From IMG/VR virus record IMGVR_UViG_3300023184_003926, positions 2,848 through 66,847 of that record: a stretch of 64,000 nucleotides of DNA; one strand, 5' to 3'. The translations under genes were made by a program, and so were the position numbers. The notes under the pieces were generated by a model. It worked only from the letters and a program-made list of their open reading frames with translations, did not search any database and was not told the DNA's origin. Numbering within the stretch: the stretch's first letter is position 1; every line of letters begins with the position of its first letter. Below are positions 31,901-41,533 of the stretch, piece after piece. The stretch comes from a virus.

Positions 31901-32395
31901 AATTAGGCTGGCATTGATAATGGCATTGAATTGTTCCTGCCAGTCATTGTTGGTGGGGTCAGCCCAGTTCACTGTGACATTGGCCAAGTTTACGCCGTTG
32001 TAGTCCACAACATTTTCAGTTGTTGTGACGTTGAATACTTTGAGATACCCTTCTGCGGCAGTGTTGCGCTTGGCTGTGTAACTTACTAAATTTGCTAACC
32101 GTACTACTGAATCTCTACGTTCAGCAGTGTCCATGTAATTTTCACGTGTGTTCAAGTCTGTGCGGAAAGCCAGCGCCTGGCCCATGAATGCCATGACGTC
32201 CAGCAATGCAATAAATTCACTTGATTCAATGTAGTCATTGAATGTTTCAGGATAATACAAACGCAAATAGTCAATGAAACTTTTACGAAGAGTCTCAAAG
32301 TCGTAACTTTGGAAGTCGGCTTCGCGGTAGGTTTGGTAGATCTGTTTCCAATCTTCTACGCCAAATATCGCTGTTTGTCTTGTGGTTGTTGCCAT
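28934..32395 (-). CDS. gp6: Baseplate wedge subunit, T4 gp6-like
   Basis: YDFETLRKSFIDYL, E.Y.DTA.RR.SV..LA...Y, IFGDGVF and QNRMVNGEDY, typical of the gp6/baseplate J family. Confidence 0.8.
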   Translation of the reverse strand: MATTTRQTAIFGVEDWKQIYQTYREADFQSYDFETLRKSFIDYLRLYYPETFNDYIESSEFIALLDVMAFMGQALAFRTDLNTRENYMDTAERRDSVVRLANLVSYTAKRNTAAEGYLKVFNVTTTENVVDYNGVNLANVTVNWADPTNNDWQEQFNAIINASLIDSQKVGRPGNRQTILGVRTDEYAINLVPGFLPVIPYSATVDGINMPFEAMTSTSVGRDYVYEPSPQPNTSFNVLFRNDQLGYQSANTGYFFLFKQGVLQNQDFNLSERIANRTVDINIEGVNNEDRWLFQLDNLGNINQEWNYVENIYQAAAERSTTLLPVYSVTSRANDQITMIFGDGVFSQIPVGIFRAYVRASNGLQYIINPEEMQNVVLPISYIDRNGNLQTITFTCGITRPVSNSQSREPIAEIKQRAPARYYTQNRMVNGEDYNLFPYTAYNSIIKSKALNRASIGTSRYLDLVDNTGKYSSTNTFSSDGALWENNVYPTILFSWTNRNDIANVITNQVQPDLTGATVKQFYYANFPRETVNTGATAGYTWNQSTTLANETTGYFRNTTTSATWPNGTPIPVGDSTTSVFKYVVPGALMKFIPPTGYYFDRNNRLVQGTPMRADETMEIWASAQVIVGDGYNGGLGNFTSGTGPVTINNFVPTGAIIDTIIPLFISDLPNSIEQQMTQQILLNRQFGLGYDNDGSVTGSPYTWYLITSTNLNFGTQESITPWSQQYAGNTTGANLDASWLVAFTVVNSNYTITSRGLSYYFGSVLQTRFFFYEDQLVYDSRTGTIIKDFINVLAVNTQPNSTEPLPGDIYTTIIGQPVESDGYVDDFQVLVGYRDSDNDGVPDNPDFFDEIVGTDTNPGPLVFLQQTVDFDNLQRYLLAEQGVVNYDYATYDEIELNKTAWTPGQVFYAYSEDAFYQLSIDVTGARTIISVTGWIARTGRQSLYFQYRHNSPLTNRIDPGSTNIIDLYVVTQSYYTAYQNWLRDTTGTVTEPAVPTIDELSTEYQGLQDYKMLSDNVIVNSVVFKPLFGSKAAQELRATIKVIRAQNSTASTSEIKSSVLAEMNAYFSIDKWNFGDTFYFSELAAYLHRQLGTIISSVVLVPLDQQKYFGDLYEIRSQPNEIFANGATINNIDVIEALTSTNLRTAPGSGVI

Positions 32396-32414
32396 GGTTC
32401 TCTCGTTTGTGCTT

Positions 32415-32422
32415 TATTTATT
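32415..32422 (-). promoter_or_regulatory. Late promoter-like box AATAAATA
   Basis: TAAATA core 19 nt before the gp6-like ATG. Confidence 0.5.
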
Positions 32423-32441
32423 GATAAAGAAAACGGCGTAG

Positions 32442-32816
32442 TTATACGTAGCTGGCTTGACGAGATTGTTGATCAAAGAACACGCTGAGAATTTCAGCAT
32501 TGGTGGTTTGTACCACAGTGATTTCTATCTGCAGTAGTATACCATTTTCTTGTGGGTACACTTGAACATCGTTTAACACTATTCTAGGATCACCACCGCA
32601 CACACGTTGTATTTCAGCTCGTATATCTTGTTGCAGTTGCTCAACTTGATTTTCAAACAAGAAGTCCCAAATTATTGTGCCGTACCCCGGGCGTCCTGGC
32701 AACTCACCTTGACGAATGTTAAATGCGTTTAGTAGGTCACGCTGAATCAAATCATAGTCTGTGAGTGTGAACTTTTTATACTGGTTGACAGTGTTGAAGC
32801 CGATAAATGTGGTCAT
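32442..32816 (-). CDS. gp25: Baseplate wedge subunit, gp25/GPW-like
   Basis: LLNAFNIRQGELPGRPGYGTIIWDFLFE...DPRI, the gp25 family signature. Confidence 0.85.
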   Translation of the reverse strand: MTTFIGFNTVNQYKKFTLTDYDLIQRDLLNAFNIRQGELPGRPGYGTIIWDFLFENQVEQLQQDIRAEIQRVCGGDPRIVLNDVQVYPQENGILLQIEITVVQTTNAEILSVFFDQQSRQASYV

Positions 32817-32821
32817 GTTGA

Positions 32822-32829
32822 TATTTATG
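32822..32829 (-). promoter_or_regulatory. Late promoter-like box CATAAATA
   Basis: TAAATA core 5 nt before the gp25-like ATG. Confidence 0.55.
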
Positions 32830-32834
32830 GATCA

Positions 32835-34529
32835 TTAACCTTTGATTCTGCGCAGGTTGGGCAGATACAATGTTCTTATGTCGTCAATCAAGGCCAAAAC
32901 TGCGGCCAGTCCTTCATCCACTGTGGCAATAAATTCAGTATAAGGCTTGCCTGCTACATCTTTTTGCAAGGATGCATAGTCTTTGGCCACGGTGTTTAGA
33001 TACTTAAGAATAGCTTCATACTGAGAAATCAATGTGGCGGCTGTTTTGGCAGTGGGTTCTTGGCTGCCTAGATCAGCCAATTTAGTTTGTTGTTCTTTGG
33101 TCAAGGTGGTTAATCGTCGGTTTTCAGCAAACAACGGGCCCGGCGGTTGTGGCGGACCATTGTAATCTATAGGCGGAATCTTGTCGTTACCAAACACCCG
33201 TCCCATGGCCGCAGTCAATGTTTCTCTGTTTACAGTGTCAGTTGCTTCCCCTGGGGGTGCCATTTGCAACATTGCGTCATTCATTTTTGAGTCTGTTGAT
33301 CCTATGGCAAATTTTGCCTCGGCAAATCGTGTGTCAAACTCTGCTTGTTTGTCTGAGGGTAATTGTCCTTTGATCCAGTCTGCACCTTCTGCCGCGGACT
33401 TGCTAAAATTTGCTGCCAGGCCAGCAGTGTCTTTGGCATTGAGCCCGCTGATTGGTATTCCAAGAGCACCAGCTGCTGCCAGTCCTGAACTCATTAAGTT
33501 TTGTTGCGTTAAATTTTGCGCCGCGGGGTTACTTAACAAGCTGTCAAGGTTGTTGATGCCACCCTTGCCGGTCCAAACTGCTGGGCTTTTTAACACACTG
33601 GTCAAGTCGTTTGTTCCTTGACTGAGGTATGTGCTGGCAGTGCCTGGTTTGAGCAATCCTGCTGATTCTAGTTGTGTGGCATCAAATCCATATTTGCCAC
33701 ATCCCACAGAGTTACTGACGTCAGTAAAACTTTGTCCAGTACCGGTGCCAACTGATGCCATAGTGGCACGAACTCCTGTGGTACTGAGTCCTGCCATGGG
33801 CAGTAACGCTGGTGCTGTTGTTGCAAAATCAGCATTGGTGATACCATTGTTAACCGGAGCACCAAACAAACTGCTGACTTTGCCGCCGGTCTGTTGTGCT
33901 ATTGACCCAAAGTTGGAAAAACTGGTGCTTAGATCGCCTGTGGTGCCTGCAGCAATTGATGCCTTGGCAGTGTCTGCAATATTTTTAAATGAATTTAATG
34001 TGCCTTTGTCTGTGCCCGGAAATCCCGAAGCACCTTGGCTTACCAGAGCTTGTGCTGAAGCAAGTCCATCGGCGGCTTGAGTTTGTGCGCTGAGTACATC
34101 TCCTGGACTAAATCCAGTGAGCCCGCCTGATTTAGATTGTTTCTGAAAGATCTCAAATGCTTGTTCACGAGTCATGCCCGGTGGGCCATCCACGTCAAAT
34201 GTCTTTGCTGTTGCTGTGGGGTCTGGTAGTCCAAACTGTTTGGCCAAAGCTGCGGCTTTTGCCTTTTCTTCCTCAGTTAGCGGTCTGTTTGCGGCAGTGT
34301 TGTTTGTGGTACCACCACGAGTGTTATAAGTTTTTCCGTCATCTACTGGTCTAGGACCCGGCAACGGATCAAGTCCTCGACGTATTCTTTCATTGTTGGT
34401 TCTATCCCATACTATGGGATCATTCCCAGAATAGGTTAATTTGTCATCAGGTGTCTTAGAGTTCAAGCCTGCTTCGATGCTTGACCCAAAGTTGCCGGCA
34501 TCTCCTAAAGAAAATGTAAATGTACTCAT
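32835..34529 (-). CDS. Baseplate-associated protein with a possible lysozyme-like domain
   Basis: Lies between the gp5-like and gp25-like genes; contains GKYGFDATQLESAGLLK...WTGKGGI...LLSNPAAQ. Confidence 0.5.
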   Translation of the reverse strand: MSTFTFSLGDAGNFGSSIEAGLNSKTPDDKLTYSGNDPIVWDRTNNERIRRGLDPLPGPRPVDDGKTYNTRGGTTNNTAANRPLTEEEKAKAAALAKQFGLPDPTATAKTFDVDGPPGMTREQAFEIFQKQSKSGGLTGFSPGDVLSAQTQAADGLASAQALVSQGASGFPGTDKGTLNSFKNIADTAKASIAAGTTGDLSTSFSNFGSIAQQTGGKVSSLFGAPVNNGITNADFATTAPALLPMAGLSTTGVRATMASVGTGTGQSFTDVSNSVGCGKYGFDATQLESAGLLKPGTASTYLSQGTNDLTSVLKSPAVWTGKGGINNLDSLLSNPAAQNLTQQNLMSSGLAAAGALGIPISGLNAKDTAGLAANFSKSAAEGADWIKGQLPSDKQAEFDTRFAEAKFAIGSTDSKMNDAMLQMAPPGEATDTVNRETLTAAMGRVFGNDKIPPIDYNGPPQPPGPLFAENRRLTTLTKEQQTKLADLGSQEPTAKTAATLISQYEAILKYLNTVAKDYASLQKDVAGKPYTEFIATVDEGLAAVLALIDDIRTLYLPNLRRIKG

Positions 34530-36028
34530 TTGGCTCTTATGGTTACTCCTGCTGGTACAGGCACAGCACCCGGCGGAGGCGAGGGTTTACCTTCTTCAAA
34601 TTTAATCTTAACATCAACACCTTTGTTGTGATAAGGGTAGGGTTCATGTGTGGGTGCTCTAGGTACAATAGTTTTCAGTGCGTTGGGATCAACTTCCCAT
34701 CCCTTGCTGGTGCTAAATTTTGTATCATCCAATTCAATAGTAGCAATGGGCTTGGGTGTTGTGACTGTGGGGGCTGCTGGGCCATTTAAATCTATGCCGC
34801 CGGCAGTGAATTTTAAATCACTACCACCAAGCCATGATCCGCCTGAACTCTGCAGGGCCATGGTGCCATCTGCCCGAACACCTATTGTGGCTTTGCTGTA
34901 GAGTTTGAAATCTTTTTGTGCTGTGATGTTAAAGTCTGTAACAGCTTCCATTGTGGTGCTTTTTTCACTCTTGACTTGTATGTTGCCGCCAGCATACATG
35001 TTGATGTCACGGTCAGCATGCATGTTGATGTCGCCCTGGGTGCGTATGTTTACTGAGTTTGTGGAAAATATGTCTACAGTGCCTTCTCTGCCAAACTCTA
35101 ACCATGTTTGTCCATTGGCATGTGTGATATAAAAAAAGTCATCACTGTCATTCATTGTGATTTGATGGCCTTTGGGTGTGCGCAATCTAAACAAGGCGTT
35201 GTTGCCCTGAAGATCGCCATCATCCATCACAAGCGTATGTCCGCCCATGCGTCCAATTACTTGTGCATCTGCAGGTTTAAGTTCGTTGTTTTGTATTTTT
35301 TGACGTATATCATTGGGCTTCATACCACCCTGATAGATAGGTATGCCCGGAGTGCTAATACCAAATACAGCACTGGGAGTTTCTCGCTGACTGCTGCTGC
35401 GTATAGGTCCACGCTCTGGATCATTGGCCAGGCCTTGCTGGAACATAGCACCAGCTACCACGGCCTGTACAGGCTTGGGCTGATCAAAAAATCTTCCATT
35501 GTTTACAATGGCTTGGTTGCTGGTGTTGATTTCTGTGACTGGCAACAACGGTGCATCAGCAAAGTATGTTTCTTGGTTTTTATTTCCTGTGACATACTTG
35601 CTGCTGCCGCCTATGGCCGGAACCATAGCACCTACGCCGTTGTCAGGTACCACTCCAATGTAATAACCCAGTTGACGGTCACCATTGACAAATATGCACA
35701 GCACCGTGATACCAACATCTGGCGGTGTGAACCACATGCCGTATGAGTTTTGATTGCCAGGATATGTGCCCACACCAGCGCCAGCTGTTAAGTTAGTAGA
35801 AGTGCTGCCATAAAAACTGGGCAAATAATTTACTGTGGTCCACTTGGTGGGATCGTCAGGATTTCCATTAGCAAATACTTCAATGTAAACTTGCAATCGT
35901 CCTGAGCGTGTGGGGTCTACATTGTTTTTTACAACACCAGAAAATGGACCAAATTCCGCAGGTACACCACCACGATTTTGTTTGTAGTTTGATGGTACGC
36001 CACGACTTCTTTGAATTTCTTCTGACAC
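34526..36028 (-). CDS. gp5: Baseplate central spike, gp5/VgrG-like
   Basis: OB-fold (VKNNVDPTRSGRLQV...YGMWFTPPDVG), GHTLVMDD, RTPKGHQITMND and beta-helix repeats; GTG start. Confidence 0.8.
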   Translation of the reverse strand: MSEEIQRSRGVPSNYKQNRGGVPAEFGPFSGVVKNNVDPTRSGRLQVYIEVFANGNPDDPTKWTTVNYLPSFYGSTSTNLTAGAGVGTYPGNQNSYGMWFTPPDVGITVLCIFVNGDRQLGYYIGVVPDNGVGAMVPAIGGSSKYVTGNKNQETYFADAPLLPVTEINTSNQAIVNNGRFFDQPKPVQAVVAGAMFQQGLANDPERGPIRSSSQRETPSAVFGISTPGIPIYQGGMKPNDIRQKIQNNELKPADAQVIGRMGGHTLVMDDGDLQGNNALFRLRTPKGHQITMNDSDDFFYITHANGQTWLEFGREGTVDIFSTNSVNIRTQGDINMHADRDINMYAGGNIQVKSEKSTTMEAVTDFNITAQKDFKLYSKATIGVRADGTMALQSSGGSWLGGSDLKFTAGGIDLNGPAAPTVTTPKPIATIELDDTKFSTSKGWEVDPNALKTIVPRAPTHEPYPYHNKGVDVKIKFEEGKPSPPPGAVPVPAGVTIRAK

Positions 36029-36037
36029 TATTTTTCC

Positions 36038-38980
36038 TTAACTATCTTTGGCTATTTGTTGTATGCGTTGTCTTACATTTTGCAATGTAGTATTTAAAGG
36101 CAAAGGCGCATCAGTAAAAGTAATAGGGTTTACTCCTGCTCCTGTAGGTGCTTTTGGATACCCAGCCAGTGCAATAGTGTCGGCTGGTACTATCCCTGAG
36201 GCGGTAAATGCTGTGCCACTTATGGCGGCTGCTGAGTAGTTTGGATTAGAAAATATTGGAGCCATTGGCGTGCCGGTGCCAGCAAATGCTGCGCTGGCTT
36301 GATTCATTGCTGATTGCACTGCAGGTATCTGCGGAGTTATTGCTGCTGCTCCATCACCAGTTACCACTGCTGAGCCTGACACCGGCACAGAACTTCGATT
36401 ACCTTGTCTGGCAAATTTAGCATCTTCTGCACGATTTACACTGTCATCTTCTGGCTGAGCAGTGTTAGATCTTGTGCCTCGACTGTTGTCTGCTTCTAGA
36501 TCTCTAAGATCGGCTTTCTTGGATTCAGGTATGGGAATCATATACAGCAACCCTGTAATGGTTTGTTCAAACTTGCCGCCACGGAATTCATTTAAAACTT
36601 TGGTGGCTTGATACACATTGGTCTGGATGGGTTCTCCAGGCGTGCCATTTTGCCTATTTTGTCTGGCGTAAGGATCAGCCAAGCCAGTGCTCAAATCATA
36701 ATCTTCAGGACGTTGCCACACAACTTCAAACAACACCTGCATGTTATCAAAATTTATTGTACCGTCAGGAAGAAATGCACTCACTGAGAGATCTTGGGCT
36801 GTTATGCCGCCACACAAACTGCCTTGTTGTATCCACGCAGGATCACCTATGATTTTCACTGTGCTGCCACCAGGTTGATCCATAGCATACAAATATTCAC
36901 TAGCATTGGCTCCGGCCTCGTTGCCCTTGCCCTCAGCACCTTTACTGCTTTCTGTGCTTCGAGAAGCAACAGAATACTTGATAAGGTCTCGTGTGTTACT
37001 GCTTAACCTTGCCCTAATTGCAGCATCAGCACTTTCAACATCTGGGCCACCTGATATGGTCATGTTGTAGGCAGCATTGAAATTGGCTGAAAAATCTATT
37101 ATTGCAGTGTTTAGTCCCGTAAACCAGTACGGATACCGTTTGTGTACTCCGCGGAATTTGCCAATTGGGAAATACAAGCTGTCAAAATTAGGAATTTCAT
37201 ATTTGCTGATTATGTATACCACATGATATGCAAAATCTCTTGTTCGACTATCGTAGCCAATGGGGACGGCTTGAAAATTGATCTTGTACCATTGCACTGG
37301 TTTGCCTGCTGCGTTGGGATTGGGTTTTTCTTCGTTTTGTTCATCATTAACAGTCAGTGCTTGATTGTAAATGTAACTGGAATTTCTAATGGCCAGGTCT
37401 ATAACTTGTGACATCTGCATGCCAGCAGTGATACTCCAATTACGTGTGGTAATTTTTATAGAATCAGTATTTGGATTTAGAGTCTGATTGGGATTACCAG
37501 TGTTGCTCATGCTGGTTTGTTTTTGATCAACTATGCTGCCTGGCAGAATAATTGTGGCATTTTTTATGTCCTCAGCACCGTCGGCAAAAATTATTTCATA
37601 GGTATCGGCTACTTTAATTTTTCCTTGAGTCACATATTGAGCTGAATATTCTGTCATTGCAGCGGCCAGGCCACTTTTGCTTACAGTTTTAGGTGTGGGG
37701 GCTGTGTTGGTCTTGGGTGGTGGGTATCTGGCCGCCAAGTTAGCAGTTTCTCTGTTGGCGTCTCTGGTGTTTTGTCCGGCAGTGGATTTGGGTGTAGTGG
37801 TTGCTCCTGGATTGTCTGCTGGTGCTGTTTTGTTTTCATACACTGCATTACCACTCAACAATTCTTCCAATGTTTGGGCTGTGAGTTGAACGTCATATGG
37901 GATAGTGCCGCGTTTGGTGCTACCAGCCACCATATGCCCAGTTGGCACACATTCAAACTCATAATTGACCAGTTTGCTGGTCACACTCCAATCAACTTTG
38001 TAAATTTGAAAGGGAAAAAACTTTTCCACAATAGCATTGGTATCCGAAATGCCATTCGCGTCTGGGGCAGTTTTACCAGCAACAAGATTGCCATTGATGT
38101 CATAGCCGTACCAGCGTATGACCATGAGGTACTGTGCGGCTGTGTAATTTACAGTGTCAGTTTCGCCAAGAGTTTGAGCCATGTCTTGTACAGCAGCATG
38201 TATGCGATCTAACAATGTGATATTGCCAGGTTCGATCACAGTAAATTTCAAAGATACTATATTGTGTGCTGCTTGTGTTTGTTTACCGGGCAACAAGTTT
38301 TCAAATGTCACACTGTCAATGTAGAAGTCTTGTGCAAATGCAGGATTACGTCCTGCATCTGGAGCATTGCTGCCAGGCACGCCAGGTGCTACCCCTTGAT
38401 TTCCGCCTTCTGCATCAGTCTTGGCTTGAAATGCAGGATTTGATGCACCTTGGTATCCACCCACATTGTTGGGAGCGCCGCCACTTTGGAACAACAAGTT
38501 GTAGCCGTTGACTCGCCTTTTCTTTGTTGTCACTAGTTCGGTGTACTGAGCTGGGCTCAACAAATATACTGACGCTGTCCAGACGGTACTGGCAAAATTG
38601 TCCAGCACGTTGCCTTGCGGAGTTATGTCCCCATTTGCATTGAGATTGCCTTGTGCGTTGGTTTCTTGTTTTGTTGTGGATGTTACAGCCGTTTGTGGAT
38701 TGTTGTCATTGGCTAAATTATTGTTTTTTTGTATAGAAGTTAATATATTGGTATTGGTTTGATTTACAAAGGCCTGTGCAGATGCTGCCGCAGGCGGAGT
38801 AACAACACCAAGTGCGTTGAGTACGCTGGCGTTGGTTTGAGCTGTTGTGGCAGCTCCTCCCAGACCTGTAATAGTTGGTGCAGTCTTGATGTAGTCACCA
38901 ATCTGTCGACGTTGTTCGTCAGCATTGTCTGGCAATACTGGCGGGGCCGGTATGTACTGTCCTCCGAGTGTGGTTGCCAT
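36038..38980 (-). CDS. Putative baseplate hub protein (gp27/gpD-like position)
   Basis: Located between the gp53-like and gp5-like genes; IIGDPAW and YQATKVLNEFRGGKFEQTI C-terminal motifs. Confidence 0.55.
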   Translation of the reverse strand: MATTLGGQYIPAPPVLPDNADEQRRQIGDYIKTAPTITGLGGAATTAQTNASVLNALGVVTPPAAASAQAFVNQTNTNILTSIQKNNNLANDNNPQTAVTSTTKQETNAQGNLNANGDITPQGNVLDNFASTVWTASVYLLSPAQYTELVTTKKRRVNGYNLLFQSGGAPNNVGGYQGASNPAFQAKTDAEGGNQGVAPGVPGSNAPDAGRNPAFAQDFYIDSVTFENLLPGKQTQAAHNIVSLKFTVIEPGNITLLDRIHAAVQDMAQTLGETDTVNYTAAQYLMVIRWYGYDINGNLVAGKTAPDANGISDTNAIVEKFFPFQIYKVDWSVTSKLVNYEFECVPTGHMVAGSTKRGTIPYDVQLTAQTLEELLSGNAVYENKTAPADNPGATTTPKSTAGQNTRDANRETANLAARYPPPKTNTAPTPKTVSKSGLAAAMTEYSAQYVTQGKIKVADTYEIIFADGAEDIKNATIILPGSIVDQKQTSMSNTGNPNQTLNPNTDSIKITTRNWSITAGMQMSQVIDLAIRNSSYIYNQALTVNDEQNEEKPNPNAAGKPVQWYKINFQAVPIGYDSRTRDFAYHVVYIISKYEIPNFDSLYFPIGKFRGVHKRYPYWFTGLNTAIIDFSANFNAAYNMTISGGPDVESADAAIRARLSSNTRDLIKYSVASRSTESSKGAEGKGNEAGANASEYLYAMDQPGGSTVKIIGDPAWIQQGSLCGGITAQDLSVSAFLPDGTINFDNMQVLFEVVWQRPEDYDLSTGLADPYARQNRQNGTPGEPIQTNVYQATKVLNEFRGGKFEQTITGLLYMIPIPESKKADLRDLEADNSRGTRSNTAQPEDDSVNRAEDAKFARQGNRSSVPVSGSAVVTGDGAAAITPQIPAVQSAMNQASAAFAGTGTPMAPIFSNPNYSAAAISGTAFTASGIVPADTIALAGYPKAPTGAGVNPITFTDAPLPLNTTLQNVRQRIQQIAKDS

Positions 38981-38983
38981 TTT

Positions 38984-39286
38984 TTAGAATCCCAATGTTG
39001 ATTTGAGCGTGGTAATTTTGGGTAGGTATATATTGGTACCCACAACAAAATCCAAGGGAGGTTTTGTAAGTGTGTTTGGGTTGCGTTGATAAAACACCCA
39101 CCACAGTCTAGCGTCACCATAGAGATCATGTGCCAACAAGTCCGGGCGGTATTGGTATGTGAGATTTATTTGAAATCCTATGTCATCACTCTCTTGAGGG
39201 ATGGGTCGGTTAATCATTACATCCAAGAAAAACTGACTGTAGCCTGTGTTAAAATACGGGCTTGTGGCATCGTAATTTGCGCTCAT
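38984..39286 (-). CDS. gp53: Baseplate wedge protein, gp53/LysM-like
   Basis: YRPDLLAHDLYGDARLWWVFYQRN...IYLP signature. Confidence 0.8.
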   Translation of the reverse strand: MSANYDATSPYFNTGYSQFFLDVMINRPIPQESDDIGFQINLTYQYRPDLLAHDLYGDARLWWVFYQRNPNTLTKPPLDFVVGTNIYLPKITTLKSTLGF

Positions 39287-41424
39287 TACCAGAATCCCCC
39301 TCTTAACAATGCACCGTTAGCATAGTCTTTGAGACCAAATTGCTGGCTGACTTGATTGCGTGTTTGTATAGGAAGCAGTGTTAATTGTATTTCTATTTTG
39401 GTGGGCACGTAGGTAGCATTACTAGTATTGTACACTGCTTGTTGCGCCACTCCTGGTTGTCCACTGGGGTTAGATCCGCCGCCACCGGGCAATGCACCTT
39501 TTTTCAATATGTTGCCTAGCAAATCAACTGCGTGACTCAGCCGACCCACTACAGAACCAATGGTGTTGGCCGGTGCATTTGATTGTTTTACTCTGCGGTT
39601 CAACAAGTTCACACCATAGTTGTTGGGCTGTACCCGAACGTAATCAACATCCGTGGGCAAAGCATAATTAAAACTTTTTACCACACAAGGATGGCCATTG
39701 AATTGATATGGGCCAAATCCTGACAGGTAAACCAAGGGAGGTGGTGCACCACGTTCTGCATCTTGGCCATAAAACATTTTTGTCACACTGCGGAAAAAGT
39801 GTATCACTGCCAGCATGTATTCTGCTTCCATAGTGTCTTGTGCTGTGAATGTGCCGTTTAGACTGATATCACCTGTGTTGCTGTTTTTGTAAAATTGCCC
39901 ACGATAATTGCTGTGTGTCAAGTCAGTTGTGTCATAATTGGCATTGTATGAAGTGGTAATGCTTGGGGTGTAGGGAAATATAACTCCGTCACTGGCTTTG
40001 AGTGGTGCCAAAATTCCTGGCACTTCAGCTTTGTAAAGATATGTTGCGTTTGGTGCAAGTCGTAATCGCACACGCCAATCACCGTTGGCACTTTGTCCTA
40101 ATCGAGCTTGTAATGCTGCTTGTTCTTGTGCTCGCAGTTTTGTGGCTGCCTCTTGTGTGGCCGCTGCATTTGCTGCATTTTCTTCTGTGTTACCACCACG
40201 AGCCCCAGTAATGGTACTCTCGCCACCACCAGTAGCCAAATTGGCTTCTTCAGCATTAACGGCAGTAGCTTCTGTGCTTACTCTAGTAATTGTGCCTTGA
40301 TTTCCGCCACCGCCGCCAGTTTCAAATGTTTGTTGGTCAACTGGTGCAGCCGTATCAGTCACTGTGGTGATTGTGCTTTGGCCTTCATTGAATGTTTCTT
40401 GAAACTGTTGAGGCTCGGGTTCTACCAAGGGTGGATTAACAAATCCACGGCCAGCACCTGCATTGGGATATGGATCTTCTGCGGCGGCTGGTGCACCGTT
40501 CACATCGCCAGCTGGTACATAGTTGTTGGTCAATTGTGTGCCCGCTTGTTCATTGACTGCAGGATCATCACCAGCGGGTGCGTTTACCGGGGTGTTGGTG
40601 TTGGTTCTTTCATAAGTTGTGGTATTTTCTGTGGTAGTGGTATTTGGTACCGTTACTGTGCTTCCTGGAACAGTGGTTTTGAGATCGTCGGCTGCGTTTT
40701 GTGCGGCAGTTTTTTCGGCATTTAATTCTCTGAGTTTGGCTGATCGTTGTGCAGCTTCTTCCTGACTCAGCGGTGGGAGTCCCATTTGTTTTCTCTCGTA
40801 AGGGCTGGGATTCTCTTCGTAAAAATTATCAAGCTGTGTTTGTTTGGCGTCTACTGCTTTTTGTGCTTCAAGACTGGCTGGGTTATCTTTTTTGGTTGCT
40901 GCATAAGTTGTTGTAGACCCGCCGCCACTTACTGTTTCAGTGTTGTTTGTAAATGTTTGAGTGACTGTTTTGCTACCTGGTGGAGTTTTTGCATTGATGG
41001 GCATGTCAGCCCGGTCAAATTCTTCATCGTCGTTGCCATCGGATGTGCCTGGTTTACCTTGTTTGCCATCTAGGAACTTCTGTTCCTCTCGAATGAATGC
41101 ACGATCGGACTCTTGTGCGGCTTTTTTTGCTTGTATCTCAGCATAGGCTTCTTGTTCCGTTTTGCCCGACGCAATGGATTTGTTGTAATCCTGGAAGTTT
41201 TGGCCTGACACTTGCGGGCCCATCTTGCCATAGTTGGGGTTGTAGCTGGCACTTTTAGGATCGTTGCTGCCAACTTCATTCACCATGTAATGTTTAGTTT
41301 CTGTTTTAGAGATGCCCGCTTGATCAGCTGCTTGATTTTCACTCAAGCCTTGTTGTCTCAGCTGGTTGTATGTTGCCGCTTTGGCTGGATCATAAGCAGT
41401 GTTTGACTTAGGTGGTAATGGCAT
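39286..41424 (-). CDS. Baseplate/tail tube initiator-like protein with a long low-complexity N-terminus
   Basis: C-terminal VIFPYTPSI...GAPPPLVYLSGFG...PCVVKSFNYALP...VPT (gp48/gp54-like); the N-terminal ~440 aa look disordered. Confidence 0.55.
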   Translation of the reverse strand: MPLPPKSNTAYDPAKAATYNQLRQQGLSENQAADQAGISKTETKHYMVNEVGSNDPKSASYNPNYGKMGPQVSGQNFQDYNKSIASGKTEQEAYAEIQAKKAAQESDRAFIREEQKFLDGKQGKPGTSDGNDDEEFDRADMPINAKTPPGSKTVTQTFTNNTETVSGGGSTTTYAATKKDNPASLEAQKAVDAKQTQLDNFYEENPSPYERKQMGLPPLSQEEAAQRSAKLRELNAEKTAAQNAADDLKTTVPGSTVTVPNTTTTENTTTYERTNTNTPVNAPAGDDPAVNEQAGTQLTNNYVPAGDVNGAPAAAEDPYPNAGAGRGFVNPPLVEPEPQQFQETFNEGQSTITTVTDTAAPVDQQTFETGGGGGNQGTITRVSTEATAVNAEEANLATGGGESTITGARGGNTEENAANAAATQEAATKLRAQEQAALQARLGQSANGDWRVRLRLAPNATYLYKAEVPGILAPLKASDGVIFPYTPSITTSYNANYDTTDLTHSNYRGQFYKNSNTGDISLNGTFTAQDTMEAEYMLAVIHFFRSVTKMFYGQDAERGAPPPLVYLSGFGPYQFNGHPCVVKSFNYALPTDVDYVRVQPNNYGVNLLNRRVKQSNAPANTIGSVVGRLSHAVDLLGNILKKGALPGGGGSNPSGQPGVAQQAVYNTSNATYVPTKIEIQLTLLPIQTRNQVSQQFGLKDYANGALLRGGFW

Positions 41425-41442
41425 TTTTATAGTCCTATACCT

Positions 41443-41450
41443 TATTTACC
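41443..41450 (-). promoter_or_regulatory. Late promoter-like box GGTAAATA heading the baseplate operon
   Basis: TAAATA core 18 nt before ATG 41424. Confidence 0.55.
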
Positions 41451-41481
41451 CAATTTTTTAACCGCGTAGTTTATAAAAAGG

Positions 41482-41509
41482 TTGACAAATGTTGTAAATG
41501 TGCTACAAT
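41482..41509 (+). promoter_or_regulatory. Sigma70-like promoter for the late sigma factor gene
   Basis: TTGACA-N16-TACAAT with an extended -10 TG; GGAG ribosome-binding site before ATG 41534. Confidence 0.7.
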
Positions 41510-41533
41510 AAGTACATATCTGGAGAACCGTGC

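Noticed and set aside
10052-40725. Many 60-240 aa plus-strand ORFs opposite the structural genes
   Set aside because: They are antisense shadows of strongly biased coding sequence and show no recognisable motifs.
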